Positions 1-15,944 of a stretch of DNA of 64,000 nt are shown in pieces. The number at the start of each line of letters is the position of its first letter. The stretch's first letter is position 1. This stretch comes from the human T2T-CHM13v2.0 reference genome, Homo sapiens, in NCBI RefSeq assembly GCF_009914755.1, contig NC_060926.1; one strand, 5' to 3'. Below the pieces are notes generated by a model. That model was not told where the DNA came from and did no database searches. It was given only the letters and a program-made list of their open reading frames with translations. A program made the translations under genes and the position numbers.

Positions 1-1600
<1,600 letters not shown>

Positions 1601-2024
1601 CTAGGTAGCTGAAGATAACAGCAGTAGCCTATGTTCTAGCTCCCAATACTTATTTTATAAACAATACAGAACATTATACAAGGAAAAATGAAACTACATG
1701 ACAATCATGTTCTTAGCATGACTTGAAGACAGAGAATGTCCAAACTTCAAAATAATTGTAAATAAAATGGAAAAAACACCAAATGCCAATGCATGATCTC
1801 TCTAGCTCCTGATATTCTGGTACATCGGAGCATGGACTACAGGGAAGACGCTATAAAGTACCATGCAATCTGAAGAGGCAGTTTTCAAAAAGGATAGCTT
1901 CTCAGGGAAAAGGCAGAAAGAGAGGGGCACTTTTGGCATTTGGGTGTGAAGGAAGAAAGAAGCATAAGGAGGAAAATACTGGACAAGAGAAAACCAAAAA
2001 ATGAGAGGTCATACAATCCCATCA

Positions 2025-2346
<322 letters not shown>

Positions 2347-2966
2347 TTGTGGAGAGCTTAATTAGCCCCTCTTTGTTTTTCTCATTTCCAGCCTCTCCCT
2401 GTTGAATTTTTGGCTAGTTTGCCATTCTGTCACTTGCCCTAATGAGGCGAGCAGAACTGGCATTTCCTATCAAGTTTGTCAATTTTACTGACAATAGTTT
2501 GCTACTTTTATTAGACAATGCTGCTAGGCAGAGTTCTCCCACCCTCAGCTCAAGTCAGCTGTTGGTTTTCAAAGCCAGTCCTACCATGGTAGAATTAGTT
2601 TGGGGATGGGCAGGAGGATGGAAGCAGCTACAGGCAAGAAAATAAGAGACTTCTACTTTATTACTAGAAGTTCAGCAATTTTTCATGAATAAATGCTTCT
2701 CAATTTGTTGTTTGCCTTTGTGTGATTTCCAAAGCCCAGAAATGATGGCTTTTGTCTAGTTTTATATTTGTTTCTTGGGGAGAGGATTTGCTGATATCCA
2801 AATAAACTCTTTGATACTTGGAAATCCTCCCCCTCTTTATTTGCTGTTAATGTGTACAGTTTGAGGCATTTTTCTTGAGGGTATTATAGGTGGGTATGTA
2901 TAATTGATATATACGTATTTTTTAATGTGGCCTCTTTACAATTACTGAAAATAGGATCCTCAAAAG

Positions 2967-3182
2967 CAGGGATGTTATGCATAAACCAGGGAACAGATCT
3001 GACCCACTGCCTATTTTTATGAAGTTTTATTGTAACACTGCCATTCTCATTCATTTATATATTGTCTGTGGCCACTTTTTTACTGTAACAGCAGGATTGA
3101 GTAGTTGCAAAAGTTTGTCTGGGCTGCAAAGCCTAAAATATTTGCTCTCTAGCCCTTTACACAAAAAGCTTGCTGACCCTTG
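2967..3182 (-). mobile_element. MER58A-like hAT-Charlie MITE
   Basis: Matches the reverse complement of the recalled MER58A consensus (ttgagtagttgc...gcctaaaatattt...ccctttac...tgctgaccc). Confidence 0.8.
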
Positions 3183-3723
3183 CTTGAGAGAATCATTATC
3201 ATAATTAATATTATAATTATCACTTTAAATAACATTATTACTTTTGTTTGTTTTTTAAATTTCATATTTATTCTTTATCTTCTCAATAACCCCATGTAGC
3301 AAACTGGACAGATATCAGATATTTAAACTATCATTTATCAGATTTCAAAAACTAATGGTAAACTTGCATTAAATAAATATTATATAAATTATAATTCAAA
3401 CTACATATTCTAAAAATTAATATTTATTAAAGGTAGCCTAACAATCCTAGAATTTAACAGCAGAATACAAACAATTCAATATGTTATAGTAATTTCATTT
3501 TGGCCCAGAGTAACATTTATTGTAGCAATATTATTTTTACATTCACTTCTGCCATTCATTATGCCTGCTCCAAATAACCAAACTACTGCAAAGTCTGAGC
3601 CATGAGAAATGCAAATTTTTCTCCTTGACATTTTGAAATATTCTTGCTTTGCTATTAGTTCGCATTTGAACAGGTAATACTAAATACTTTATGGAGCAAT
3701 TTCCTCAGTTCAACATTTCTTAC

Positions 3724-3886
3724 CTGTTAGAAGAGCCATTCAGTATTCTTTGTTGTAAAATATGTCTGTGGGTTGGGCAAGAGGGAGGGAGGTTATCTGG
3801 AAATGAGTCTTCTCCTTGAGGTGCTAAAGACAGGCCAATAAATGCTTCATTTAGCATATCCCCTCTGTCCAAGGGTCCCAGGAGTT
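3724..3886 (-). CDS. WDPCP: Internal coding exon of host gene, WD repeat-containing planar cell polarity effector (fritz/BBS15), C-terminal region
   Basis: 163-nt exon with acceptor ttttcaacAG| and donor CAG|GTAAGA. Only one frame is open: (E)LLGPLDRGDMLNEAFIGLSLAPQGEDSFPDNLPPSCPTHRHILQQRILNGSSN(R). Gene identity is recognised from memory of the WDPCP protein. Confidence 0.87.
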
Positions 3887-5305
3887 CTGTTGAAAATGAT
3901 TAATATGTGAGTGAAATACTAAGTACAATTTCTGCTAACTCCCTTATAAGTAAGATTACAGAACAACATTCACATATCCCAGTGGAACTTTTTTCTTTGT
4001 CAATTTCAAAATCTTGTTGTCCTAGTTCCCTATGACTTCTGTCATTCTTATACTTACTTCAGCAGTTTGATAACAGAATAGTGAATGTTTTCAAGTATAG
4101 ATTTTAAAAAATTCATTTATATCTTGCTTATGTGTAGTGTTTTTAACGAGCATATTATTTATAAAATTTTTTTGTTTTTGTTAGCCAATTACTGGAATAT
4201 TTTATCTTGGAATATTGCAGGAAGTGATTTTACTCTTTCACATATAGCACATAACTTGAAAAGAAAAGGAAAATATCTTTCCCAATATTTGCTTTCAATT
4301 AGCATTTTAAACTTTATAGGGAGATATATACTCCCATATCTTAGAGATGTACAGAGGTGTATAGAGAGATATTGGCAACTTTGACAGGGCATTGTTTAAA
4401 AATGTTGTTTGAAACATAATGAAGCTGTGAAAAATATATTTTTTGTAAGAAACATAAACCTTATTAAAAACCAAAAAAAAAACCTCTTAGGACCACCGTG
4501 TATGGCAAAACATATTTTTTACCATCTTAAACATTTTAAAGCATACAGTTCAATAGTGTTAAGTGTATTCACATTGTTGTGAAGCAAATCTCCAGAACTT
4601 TTTTGTCTTGCAAAACTGAAACTGCACCCATTGTACAATTCCCCATTTGCCCCTCTCCCAGTTTGATAACCAACGTGTTATTTTCTGTTTCTATGAATTT
4701 GATAACTTTAGATCTTGTATAAGTGGTATCATACAGTATTCACGTTTTTGTCACTGGCTTATTTCACTTAGCATAATGTCCTCAAGGTTTATCCGTGTTG
4801 TAGTATGTGACAAGATTTCTTCCTTTTTAAGACTGAATAGTAAGCTGTTGTATGTATATACCATGCTTTGTTTTTCCATTCTCTATCTATTGACATTTGG
4901 GTTGCTTCCACCTCTTGGCTATTGTGAATAATGCTGCTATGAACATGGATGTGCAGATATCTCCGAGACCCTGCTATCAGTGCTTTTGGACATATACTCA
5001 GAAGGGGGATTGCCTATCATACAGTGGATCTATCTTTAAATTTTTGAGGAAATGCCATACTGTTTTCATTGTGGTTCACCATTTTACAATCCTACCAACA
5101 GTGCACAAAGATTCTAATTTCTCCAAATCCTTGACAAACTTGTTATTTTCTGTTTTTTTAAAACTAGTCATCCTAATGAATGTGACATGCTACCTTATGG
5201 TTTTGATTTGCATTTCTCTAATAAGTGATACTGAGCATCTTTTTATATGCTTGTTGGTCATTTGTATACCTTCACTGAAGAAATGTGGATTCAAGTCACT
5301 TGTCC

Positions 5306-5629
5306 TTTTTTTCTTTGAGACAGAGTCTCACTCTGTTGCCCAGGCTGGAGTGCAGTATCACAATCATGGCTCACTAAAGTCTTGACCTCTCAGGCTCAAG
5401 TGATCCTCCCACCTCAGCCCTCTTGAGTAGCTGGGACTACAGGTGTGTACCACAATGCATGACTCATTTAAAAAAAACATTATTGTAGAGAGGGGCTTTC
5501 ACTAGGTTGCCCAGGCTGGTCTTGAACTCCTGGGGTCAAGCAATCTTCCCACTTCCTGTGGTGGCTCATGCCTGTAATCCTGCCTCCCAAAGTGCTGGCA
5601 TTACAGGCATGAGCCATGGCACCCAGCCC
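5306..5629 (-). mobile_element. AluJ with a small internal inverted insertion
   Basis: T-tail at 5306, J-type arms, and an extra segment at ~5556-5580 in the opposite orientation. Confidence 0.88.
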
Positions 5630-7946
5630 CCTTGCCCATTTTTAATTAGGTTGTTTTTGTTTTTAAGTTGTAGGAGCTCTGTATGTAGTCTAGATATTAA
5701 TGCTTTGTCAGATTTGCAAATATTTTCTCCCATTCCTTAGGCTGTCTGTTCACTTTATTGGTACTTTATTGTGTCCTTTAATGCATAAAAGTTTTTAAGT
5801 TGGATTAAGCCCCATTTGTAGTCCCATTTGTCTATTTTGCTTTTGTTGCCTATGCTTTTGGTGTCACATACAAGAAATCATTGTCATATCCAATATCATG
5901 AAGCTTTTCTCTAATGTTTTCTTCTAGCAGTTTTATACTTTTGTTTCTTATGTTTAGGTCTTTAATTCATTTTGAGTTAATTTTTGTTTGTGGTGTAACA
6001 AAAGGGTCCAACTTGCTCTTTTGCATGGGGATATCCAGTTTCCCAGCAACGTTTGTTGAAGAGATAGTTCCTTTTGCATTGAATGGTGTTGACATCTGTC
6101 AAAAATTGTTTGACCATATGGTTAATGGTTTATATCTGGGCTCTCAATTCTGTTCATTTTTGTTGGTCTATATGTCTGTGTTTATGCCAGTACTAATGTT
6201 TAGATTACTGTAGCCTTGTAATATGTTTTGAATCAGAAAGACCTCTTTTTCCCTTTTGAAGATTGTTCTGGCTATTCAGCATCTCTTGTGATTCCATATG
6301 AATTTTTAAATGGATTTTTCTATATTTCCAAAGATGCCATTGGGATTTTGATAGGGATTGCACTGAATTGGTAGATTACCTTGGGCAATACTGACATTTT
6401 AACAACATGAAGTATTCCAATCCATGAATATTGGATGTCTTTCAATTTATTTGTGTCTTTAATACCTATCAGCAGTGTTTTCTAGTTTTAAGTCTTTTAC
6501 CTCCTTGGTTAGGTTTATTCCAAAGTATTTTATTCTTTTTGATGCTATTGTAAATGAAATTGTTTTCTTGCTGTCCTTTGCAGATTGCTCATTTTTAGTG
6601 TCAGAAATGCAATGAATTTTTGTATGTTGACTTGTATCTTGCAACTTTGCTGAATTCAATTATTCTAAAGTTTAAATGGGATCTTTAGGGCTTGCTGCAT
6701 AGGAAATTAAGATATCTATAACCAGAGACAATTTTACTTCCTTTCTGATTTTGGTGCCTTTTATTTCACTTGCATAATTGCTTTGACTAGGACATTCCAG
6801 TATTATGTTAAATAGAAGGGGTGAAAGCAGGCATCTTTGTCTTGTTCCTGATCCTAGAGAAAGGGCTTTCAGTTTTTCACCATTGAGACTGATGTTACCT
6901 GTGGTCTTTTCATGTATAGCCTTTATTATGTTGGAGTATTAATAGTTTCCTTACATCCTAGTTTGTTGAACATTTTTAGCATGAAAGAACATCAAATTTT
7001 GTCAAATGCTTTTTTGTGTGTGTATCAATTGAGATGATTATGTAGTTCTCATCTTTCATTCTGTTAATGTGATTAGAATGATTTTCTTATGTTGAACCAT
7101 CCTTACTTTACATCAGTAAATTTTACTTGATCATGGTGTATTATCTTTTTACTATGCCTAAGAATTTCGTTGGCTGGTATTTTGTTAATGACTTTTGCTC
7201 CAATATCTATCAAGAACGTTGGTCTGTAGTTTTCTTTGTCTTCATCTGGCTTTGTTACTAGGGTAATGCTGGCCTTATATAATGAATTTGGGATTTTCCC
7301 TTCTTTTAATTTTTTTGGAAGAGTTTGAGGAGAATGGGTGCTAATTCTTTAAATATTTGCTGGAATATTCTAATGAAGGCATGAGGTCTTGGGCTTTTCT
7401 TTGTGTGGAGTATTGGTTACTGATGCAATCTCTTTAATAGTTGTAAGTCTGTCCAGATTATGTAATTCTTCATTATCCAATCTTGGTTAGTTGTGTGTTT
7501 AAAAGATTTTGTCCATTTATGTAAGTTTTCCAGTTTGTTGGCATATGACTGTTTGTAATATTCTCTTACAACCCTCTTTATTTTATGTCGTATTGGCTGT
7601 AATATCCCCTCTTTCACTTTTGATTTTAGTTATTTGAGTCTTCTCTCTTTTTTTTAATTAGTATACCTAATAATTGGTCAGTTTTGTAGATATTTTAGAA
7701 AAACCACCTCTTAAGTTTTGTTGATTTTTTTCTATTGCTTTTGTATTCTGTATTTCATTGATCTTTGCTCTAAACTTTATTATTTTCTTCTGTTAGCTTT
7801 GGGTTTAGTTTGTTTTTCTTTCTTTTCAGTTTCTTAAGGTACAAAGTTAGGTTATTAATTTTCAATCTTTCTTCTTTTTTAATGTAAACATAGCCATAAA
7901 CTTCTCTGTTAGTACTGTTTTCACTGCGTCTCACAAGTTTGGGCAC

Positions 7947-8743
7947 TGATATGGCTTGGATGTTCCCTCCAAATCTCATGTTGAGATGTAATCCCCAGTG
8001 TTGGAGGTGGGACCTTGTATTAGGCTGTTCTTGCATCACTATAAAGAAATACCATACAACCTGAGCAACATGTCAAAACCCCATTTCTACAAAAAGTACA
8101 AAAATTACCTAGGCGTGGTAGCTCATGCCTGTAGTTGCAGTTACTCAGGAATTTGAGGCTGGAGAATCGCTTGACCAGGGAAATGGAGGTTGCAGTGAGC
8201 TGAGACTGCACCACTGCACTCCAGCCTGGGTGACAGAGTGAGACCCTGTCTCGGGGGGAAAAAAAAAAAAAGAAATATCAGAGACTGGGTAATTTATAAA
8301 GAAAAGGGGTTTAATTGACTCATTGTTCTGCAGGCTATACATGCATGATGCTGGCATCTGCTCAGCTTCTGGGGAGGACTCAGGGAACTTTTCCTCATGG
8401 AGGAAGGTGAAATGGAAGGTGACTGGATTATGGGGGCAGATTTCTCATAAATGGTTTAGCACCATCCCCTTGGTGCTGTCTTTGCAATAGTGAGTTCTCA
8501 TGAGATCTGGCTGTTTAAAAGTGTGTGGCACCTCCCCCTTCTCTTTCTCCTTCTCCAGCCTTCCCTTGCTCTTCCCATTTCACCTTCTGCCATGAGGAAA
8601 AGCTCCCTAAGGCCTCCTCAGAAGCTGAGTAGATGCCAGCACTGTGCTTGTAGAGCCTGCAGAACTATCAATAAAACTTCTTTTCTTTATGAATTACCCA
8701 GTCTGGAGTATTCCTTTACAGCAATCCAAGAATGGCCTAACAC
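7947..8743 (+). mobile_element. MaLR solo LTR (MSTB-like) containing an inverted LTR 3' segment and a truncated Alu
   Basis: tgatatgg...ctaacaca ends with an approximate 5-bp TSD (ggcac/ggaac); inverted LTR piece at 8016-8418. Confidence 0.85.
8056..8270 (+). mobile_element. 5'-truncated Alu
   Basis: End of left arm, right arm and poly-A; TSD aagaaata(c/t)ca. Confidence 0.85.
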
Positions 8744-9073
8744 AGGAACATTTTTTTCATTTTCATTTGTCTCAAGAGGCTTTCTAATTTTCCTTGTGAT
8801 TTCTTCTTTGACCTGTTGTTTAAGAGTGCATTGCTTAATTTTCATGTATTTGTGGATTTTCCAGTTTTCCTTCTGTTGTTGATGTGTAGTGTCATTTCAC
8901 TGTAATCAGAGAAGATATTTTCTGTGATTGCTGTCTTTTAAAATTTGTTAAGATTTGTTTTGTGGCCTTCATGTGGTCTGTTTTGGAGAATGTTCCATGT
9001 GCACTTGAAAATAATGTGTTTTTTTTGCAGTTGATGGGTGAGTGTTCTGTATATGTTCTGTTCTTTATATAGA

Positions 9074-9226
9074 CCTGGAGGTCATTATCTTAAGTGAAAT
9101 AACTCAGAAAACAGAAAGTCAAATACCATATGTTCTCATTTATAAATAGGAGCTAAATACTGTGAACACATGGAAATAGAGTGTACAATAATAGACACTG
9201 GAGCCTCAGAACAGTGGGAGGGTGGT
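9074..9226 (+). mobile_element. Short L1MA 3' UTR fragment without poly-A or TSD
   Basis: ctggaggtcattattctaagtgaaataactcagaaa...; resembles the rc of 9410-9540. Confidence 0.75.
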
Positions 9227-9252
9227 AACTGTGTTGTTGAAGACCTCTATTA

Positions 9253-12200
9253 CTTTTTTTTGGTATGCATTTAAGGGGTACAAGTGCAGTTTTGTTACAT
9301 GGATATACTGTGTAGTGGTAAAGTCTGGCCATTTAGTGTAACCACCACCTGAATAATATACATAGTACCCATTAATTTATTTCTCATCCTTTACCCACCT
9401 CCTACACTACTGAATCTCCAGTGTCCATTATTCCATACTTTATGTCCATATGTACACATTATTTAGCTCTCACTTGTGAGAACATGTGGTGTTTGACTTT
9501 CTGTTTCTGAGTTATTTCACTTAAGATTATAGCCTCCAGTTCCATCAATGTTGCTGCAAAAGATGATTTTATTCTTTTATATGGCTGAGTAGTATTCCAT
9601 TGCACATATATACTACATTTTCTGTATCTAGTCCTTCACTGATGTAAACGTAGGTGATTCCATCTCTTTGGTATTGTGAATAGTGCAGTGATAAACATAT
9701 GAGTGTGGGTATCTTTTAGATCTAATTATTTTTCCTTTGGGTAGATAGCCAGTAGTGGGATTGCTGCCTAGAATGGCAGTTCTATTTGCAGTTCTATGAG
9801 AAATCTCCATACGGTTTTCCATACAGGTTATACTAATTTACATTCCCACTAACAGTGTGTAAGTGTTCCATTTTCTCTGCATCCTTACCAACATGTTATT
9901 TTTTGAATTTTTAGTATTAGCCATTATGACTTGCGTGAAATATGTCATTGTGGTTTTAATTTGCATTTCTCTGATTGTGAGTGATGTTAAAAATTTTTTC
10001 ATATGCAGGTTAGACATTTGTATGTTTTCTTTTGAAAAAATATTCATGTTCTTTGCCCATTCAGTAGTGTAGGAGGTGGGTAAAGGATGAGAAAATATTT
10101 ATGTTCTTTTATTTGTTTTTGTTGTTGTTGAGTTGTTTGAGTTCCTTGTATATTAGTCCCTTGTTGTATGCACAGTTTGTAAATGTTTTCTCCCATTCTA
10201 CACATTGTCTGTTCTCTTATTTCTTTTCGCTTTGCAGAAGCTCTTTAGTTGAATTAAGTCCCATTTGTCTATTTGTGTTTTTGTTGCATTTGCTTTCGAG
10301 GCCTTAGTCATAAATTGCTCATCTAGGCCAATGTCCAGAGGAGTTTTCCGTAGGTTTTCTTCTAGTATTTTTATAGTTTCAGGTCTTACATTTAAGCTTT
10401 TAATTGATCTTGAGTTGGCTTGTAGATGGTGAGAGACAGAAGTCCAGTTTCATTCTTCTGCACAGGTAATCCAATTTTCCTAGCACCACTTATTGTAAAG
10501 GATGTCCTTTCCTCAGGGTATGTTTGTGTTGACATTGTCAAAGATCAGTTGTCTGTAGGTATATGGCTTTATTTCTGAGTTCTCTATTCTGTTACATTGA
10601 TCTGTATGTCTATTTTTATACAAGTACCATGCTGTTTTGGTTACTGTAACCTCATAGTATAATTTGAAGTCAGGTAATGTGATGCCTCCAGCTTTGTTCT
10701 TTTTGCTTACAATTGCTTTGGATATTCAGGCTCTTTTTTCATTCTATATGAATTTTAGGATTGTTTTTTCTAATTCTATGAAAAATTACATTTTAAAAAT
10801 AGGAATTACATTCAATCTATACATCTGTATGGTTTTTTTTTAATGATATTGATTTTTGTGATCCATGAACATGGGAGGTTTTTCCATTTGTGTCATGTAT
10901 GATTTCTATCATCAGTGTTTTGTAGTTTTCCTTGTAAAGATCTTTCACCCCCTTGTTTAAAATATATTCCTAAATATTTTACTTTTTTTGTAGCTATTGT
11001 AGTTCTTGATTTGGTTCTCAGTTTGTTGTTGATGTATAGAAATGACACTGATTTTTGTACACCAATTTCATATTCTGAAACTTTACTGAACTTATGAAAT
11101 CTGGGAGTCTTTGGGATTTTCTAGGTATAAGATCATATCATGAGCAAACAGAGATAAGTTGACTTCATCTTTTCCAAATTTGGATGCCTTTTATTTCTTC
11201 TCTTGCCTGATTGCTCTGGCTTGGGCTTCTAGTATGTTGAATAGGAGTGGTGAAAGTGGTCATCATTGTCTTGTTCCAGTTCTTCGGGAGACTGCTTTCA
11301 AATTTTCCCTGTTTAGTATAATGTTTTCTGTGGTCTTATCATATATTGCTTTTATTATTTTGCAGTATGTTCCCTCTATGCCTAGTTTGTTGAGGATTTT
11401 ATCACAAAAGGATCCTTAATTTTATCAAATGCTTTTTCTGTATCTATTGAGATATTTATATAGTTTGTTTTTAATTCTCCTTATGTAATGAATCAAATTT
11501 GTTTACTTGAGTATGTTGAACTATACTTGCATCTTTGGAATAAAACCATTTGATTGTGATGTATTATGTTTTTGATGTGCTGTTGTATTGGGTTTGCTAG
11601 TACTTTGCTGCAGATTTTTGCATCTATGTTCATCAGAGATTTTGGTCTATAGTTTTCATTTTTTGTTGTGTGCTAGTCCGGCTTTAGTATCAGAATAATA
11701 CTGGCTCTGTAGAATGAGTCAGGGAGGCTTCCCTTCTCATTGAAGTTTTGGAAGCATTTCAGAGGGCATTGGTACCAGTTCTTTGTAGATTTGGTAGAAT
11801 TTGGCTGTGAATCCATTTGGCCCTGGACTTTTTTTTTTTTTTTTTTTCCTTAGGAGACTTTTTTGTTACTGATTAAGTGTCACTACTTGTTATTGGTCTG
11901 CTTAGGATTTCTATGTGTTCAATCTCGGGTGGTTTTATGTTTCCAGGAATTTATATGTCTTCTAGATTTTCTAGTTTGTGAGTGTAGAGGTGTTCATGGT
12001 AGTCTTTGATGATCACTTGTATTGTGGTATCAGTTCTAATGTCTCCTTTTAAATTTCTGATTGTTTATTGGATCTTCTGTCTTCTTTTCTTGATTAGTCT
12101 AGCTAGCAGTTTGTCAACTTTATTTTATCAACGAACCAACTTTCTGTTTCTTTGACCCTTTATAATGTTCTTTTGTTCACAATTTCATTTACTTCTTCCC

Positions 12201-15200
12201 TGATTTGTTATTTGTTTTCTGTTAGCTTTGAGTTTTCTTTGTTCTTTTTTTTCTAGTTCCTTGAGGTGTGATGTTAGGTTGTTAATTTGATTTTTCTGTT
12301 CTTTGGCTGTAAGCATTTAATGCTATAAACTTCCCTCTTAGCACTGCTTTTGCTGTATCCCAGAGGTTTTGGTATGTTGTTTTCATTTTCATTCATTTCT
12401 AAAAATTTTTAAGTTTCCATCTTAATTTTGTCTTTGACCTAAAGACCATTCAGGGATATGTTATCCAATTTCCATGTATTTGTATAGTTTCAACAGTTCC
12501 TCCTGGTATTGATTTATAGTTTTATTTTTCTGTGGTCTGAGAAAATACTTGGTATGATTTCAATTTTTAAAAATTTATTGAGATTTGTTTTGTGACCTAA
12601 TATATGGTCTGTGTTTGAGAATGCTGCATGCACTGATGAGAAGAATCTATATTCCGCTGTTGTTGGGTAGAGTGTTCTGTAAATGTCTGTCAGGTACATT
12701 TGGTCTCAAGATCAATTTAAGCCCAGTGTTTCCTTGTTTTTCTGTCTCAATGATCTGTGAACTGCTACAGGTACAGTGTTGAAGTCTCCCACCATTATTA
12801 TATTGCTGTCTATCTCTTTATGTCCAGTAATATTTGTTTTGTGACTCTGACTGCTCCAGTGTTTGGTGTGTATATATTCAGGATTTTTATGTCCTTTTGT
12901 AGAATTGATCCCTTTACATTATATAATGACTGACTTTGTCTTTTTTTTACTTTTGTTGATTAAAAGTCTGTTTTATCTGATATAAGCGTAGATACTCCTG
13001 CTCACTTTTAGTTTCTGTTTGTGCAGGAGATCTGTTTCTAGTCCTTTACCTTCAGGCTATAAGAATCTTTACCAATATGGGGAGTTTCTTATAGTTCTTA
13101 TGAAAATATGGTTCATATTTTAAAAAACCCATCTGCCAATCTATACCTTTTAAATTAAGCATTTTATCTACTTATGTACAATGTTCATAGTTATATGTGA
13201 GGTTTGTTTCTATCATAATGTTAATTGTTATCAAATTGCTTTGTACATTATTTGCATCTTTTTTTCCCTCTTTCTGTTTGTCTTTGTTGTTTGGTGGAGT
13301 TCTGTCCTGTTGTAATTTGATTTCTTTCTCTTCCTCCTTTGTGTAACTAACTGTTTTTATAAGACCTGTGAGTTTTATAGTTTTGTGTATTTTTTATGAT
13401 GGCAAACATTGACCATTTTGTTCCATGTTTAGAACTCCTTTGAATATTTTTATAGGGTTCGTCTAGTGGTGATAAATTCCATCAGTGTTTGGGAAGTACC
13501 TTATTTCTCCTTTATTTATGAAACTTATTTTAGCAGAATACAAAATCTGTGGTTGACAATTTTTTTTTCCTTTAAGCACATTGAAAATAGAATCCCAATC
13601 TTTTACTGGCTTATAAAGTTCCCACTGAGAAGTCCACCGTTAGTCTGATGGAGCTTCCTTTACAAGTGACTAGATGATTTTCTCTTGCTGATTTTAGGAT
13701 TTCTTCCTTTATATTAATTTTAGACAATTTAATGACTATACGTTGTGGTGAAATCCACCTGGCAGTGTGTTCTCCTAGTATTCATTTGGCCTCTTGTATT
13801 TGCATGTCTAAATCTCTTATAAAATTAGGGAAATTTTCATCTATTATTTCCTTAAATGATTTTCAAAACTTTGTTTTTTCTTCCCCCTCAGGAACACCAA
13901 TGATTCGTAAGTTTAGATTCTTTATATAATCCCATGCTTCTCAAAATATTCATTCTATTTTATTCTTTTTTCTTTGTCTAACTAGATTAATTCAAAGGAT
14001 TTTCTTCAAATTTTGAGATTTTGTCTTCTGCTTTATCTAGTCAGTTATTGACCCTTTCAGCCATATTTTGTAATTCCTTCAGTGAATTTTTCATTTCCAA
14101 AAGTTATGTTTGTTCATTTTTAGATAAGAAAAAACTGGTGAAGTTCTCCGTGATAAATTTCTCATTCATATCCAGAATTAATTTTCTGATTTCTTTCTAT
14201 TGGTTTTTGGATTTCTTTTGGATCTGATTGAGCTTCTATAAAATCAATATTTTGAATTCTTTATCTGGCATTTCAGAAATTTCCTTTTGGTCAGCATCCA
14301 TTGCTAGAGAGTTAGTGTAATCCTTTGAGGGGTGTCATAACTCCCTGACTTGACTTTTCATGCTTCCAGTATTATGCAGATTTTTTCTCATTTGGAGAAA
14401 TAGTCACTTCTTATTATTGAATTTACTTGGGTTTGGACAGGACTTCCCCCCCTCTCCCCCACCCCCAAATCCTTGAGGATGTGACTGTAATATATGTTGT
14501 GCAGGGCTGTTTGGCTTTGCTTCTGGGTGCATTCAGTGGCAAAGACTATGTATGAATTCCTTGGTTGTAAATTACCATCATGTGGTGGCTTTTTCAAATG
14601 CTGTTTGTAGTAGCGGTATACCAGGCAGGTGAGCAGGCGCATGACCTCCTGTGAAGCCAGGGTTATAGGTCACAAGGAGCTCATCTCATTCATAAGTGCT
14701 ATGGGCTTGTGTTACCAGATTTTGTCCTGTATTGTGCAGGTTGACCTCCAGGCCAGTCAGTGGCACTTGTAAGTAAGAGCTGGCTGTGGTGGTAGTAGTA
14801 AAATTCATGCTTGATCTTTGTTTACCAAGAGAAACTCTCCAGTGTCCCAGGCAATGGGCTGGATTATGGAATGCTCAGTGGTTTGGGTTTTATCCTCAGC
14901 CTGAGAGAGTGTGTGAAGCTGGGCAGAGCTGGACCAGGCAACCCTGCACTTTCGCTGCTCCCACCTCCCGGCCCCCCCACCTCCCAAACAGTGAATGCAA
15001 CCACTATCTCTGAGGAGAGTTTAGGGAGCAGTCACCAAATGCCTGGAGATATGCCCAGTAAAGGGTAGAAACACTGCTGCTGCACCAGGTTCCTCACATG
15101 TGAAGACCAGGGCAGCCAAAGCTCCTAGACCAGGTGAGCTGGTGTGGGAATCTGCCTCCCTCTCACTCCTTAGAACCAATGGAGTTGAATCCCACCCTGG

Positions 15201-15848
15201 CATGAGCTGGGGCACTCAGGAAAGTCAGTGCAGACTGGCTTTAGATCACAGTGCCATCCCTGTCCACAAATCTTGCCACTTGGGGAAAACCATGGCTCTC
15301 TAGCAAATCTCCTCCCTCTCTGGTTCCACAAAGGGGGAAAGCCCAATTTCAGAACCCATGGCTTGAATGCACTCCACAACCACCACTCAGTTCTGGATGT
15401 GGGGGCCCTTCCCCACCTCCAGTCCCAGCACTCCATTCTCCAGCCCAAGAATCTCTAATGCCCATGGCTACTGTTGCCAGGTTACTGAATCCTGCCCAGT
15501 TTGTTGTGAGCCAAGATTGAGAAGAGCATCCTCCTGTTAGATCCCAGGTCTGAGAAAAATACTGGAGCATTTCCCAGCATTTTTCTTTCTCAGTCTCCTG
15601 GCCTCTCGCCATGTTAGCCCCAGGGCTTAGAAGGGCCGAGGTAGTTTCCCATGGCCTGGGTGGCATGGTTTCTCAGAGGAAAGGTAGATCACAGAGGTAC
15701 ACAATTTGCTCCTCTACCATATCGGGGACTTCACTCACAGTTCTCAGCCAGATGCTGCTACTCAGGGTGCCTTCTCACCTTTTATTTTCCAGGATTTGAA
15801 TTTCTGTGCTCCTTCTTGAATAAAAGAGCACTATATGACTGTGCACTG

Positions 15849-15880
<32 letters not shown>

Positions 15881-15944
15881 GCTTCCAAATAGGTGAAGCA
15901 TGCTAAAAGAGTCTCTGATCTGCCGCCTTGGGGGAAAAAAAAGA
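9253..15944 (-). mobile_element. Full-length decayed L1MA (L1MA3-like 3' end) nested in the older L1
   Basis: T-tail at 9253, continuous ORF2 and ORF1 remnants, GC-richer 5' UTR at ~14600-15935, TSD gaag(a/t)cct(c/t)tatt at 9240-9252 and 15945-15957. Confidence 0.85.

Noticed and set aside
14600-15900. Dense cluster of short ORFs in GC-richer DNA as a gene or CpG island
   Set aside because: It is the 5' UTR of the nested L1MA and is CpG-depleted.
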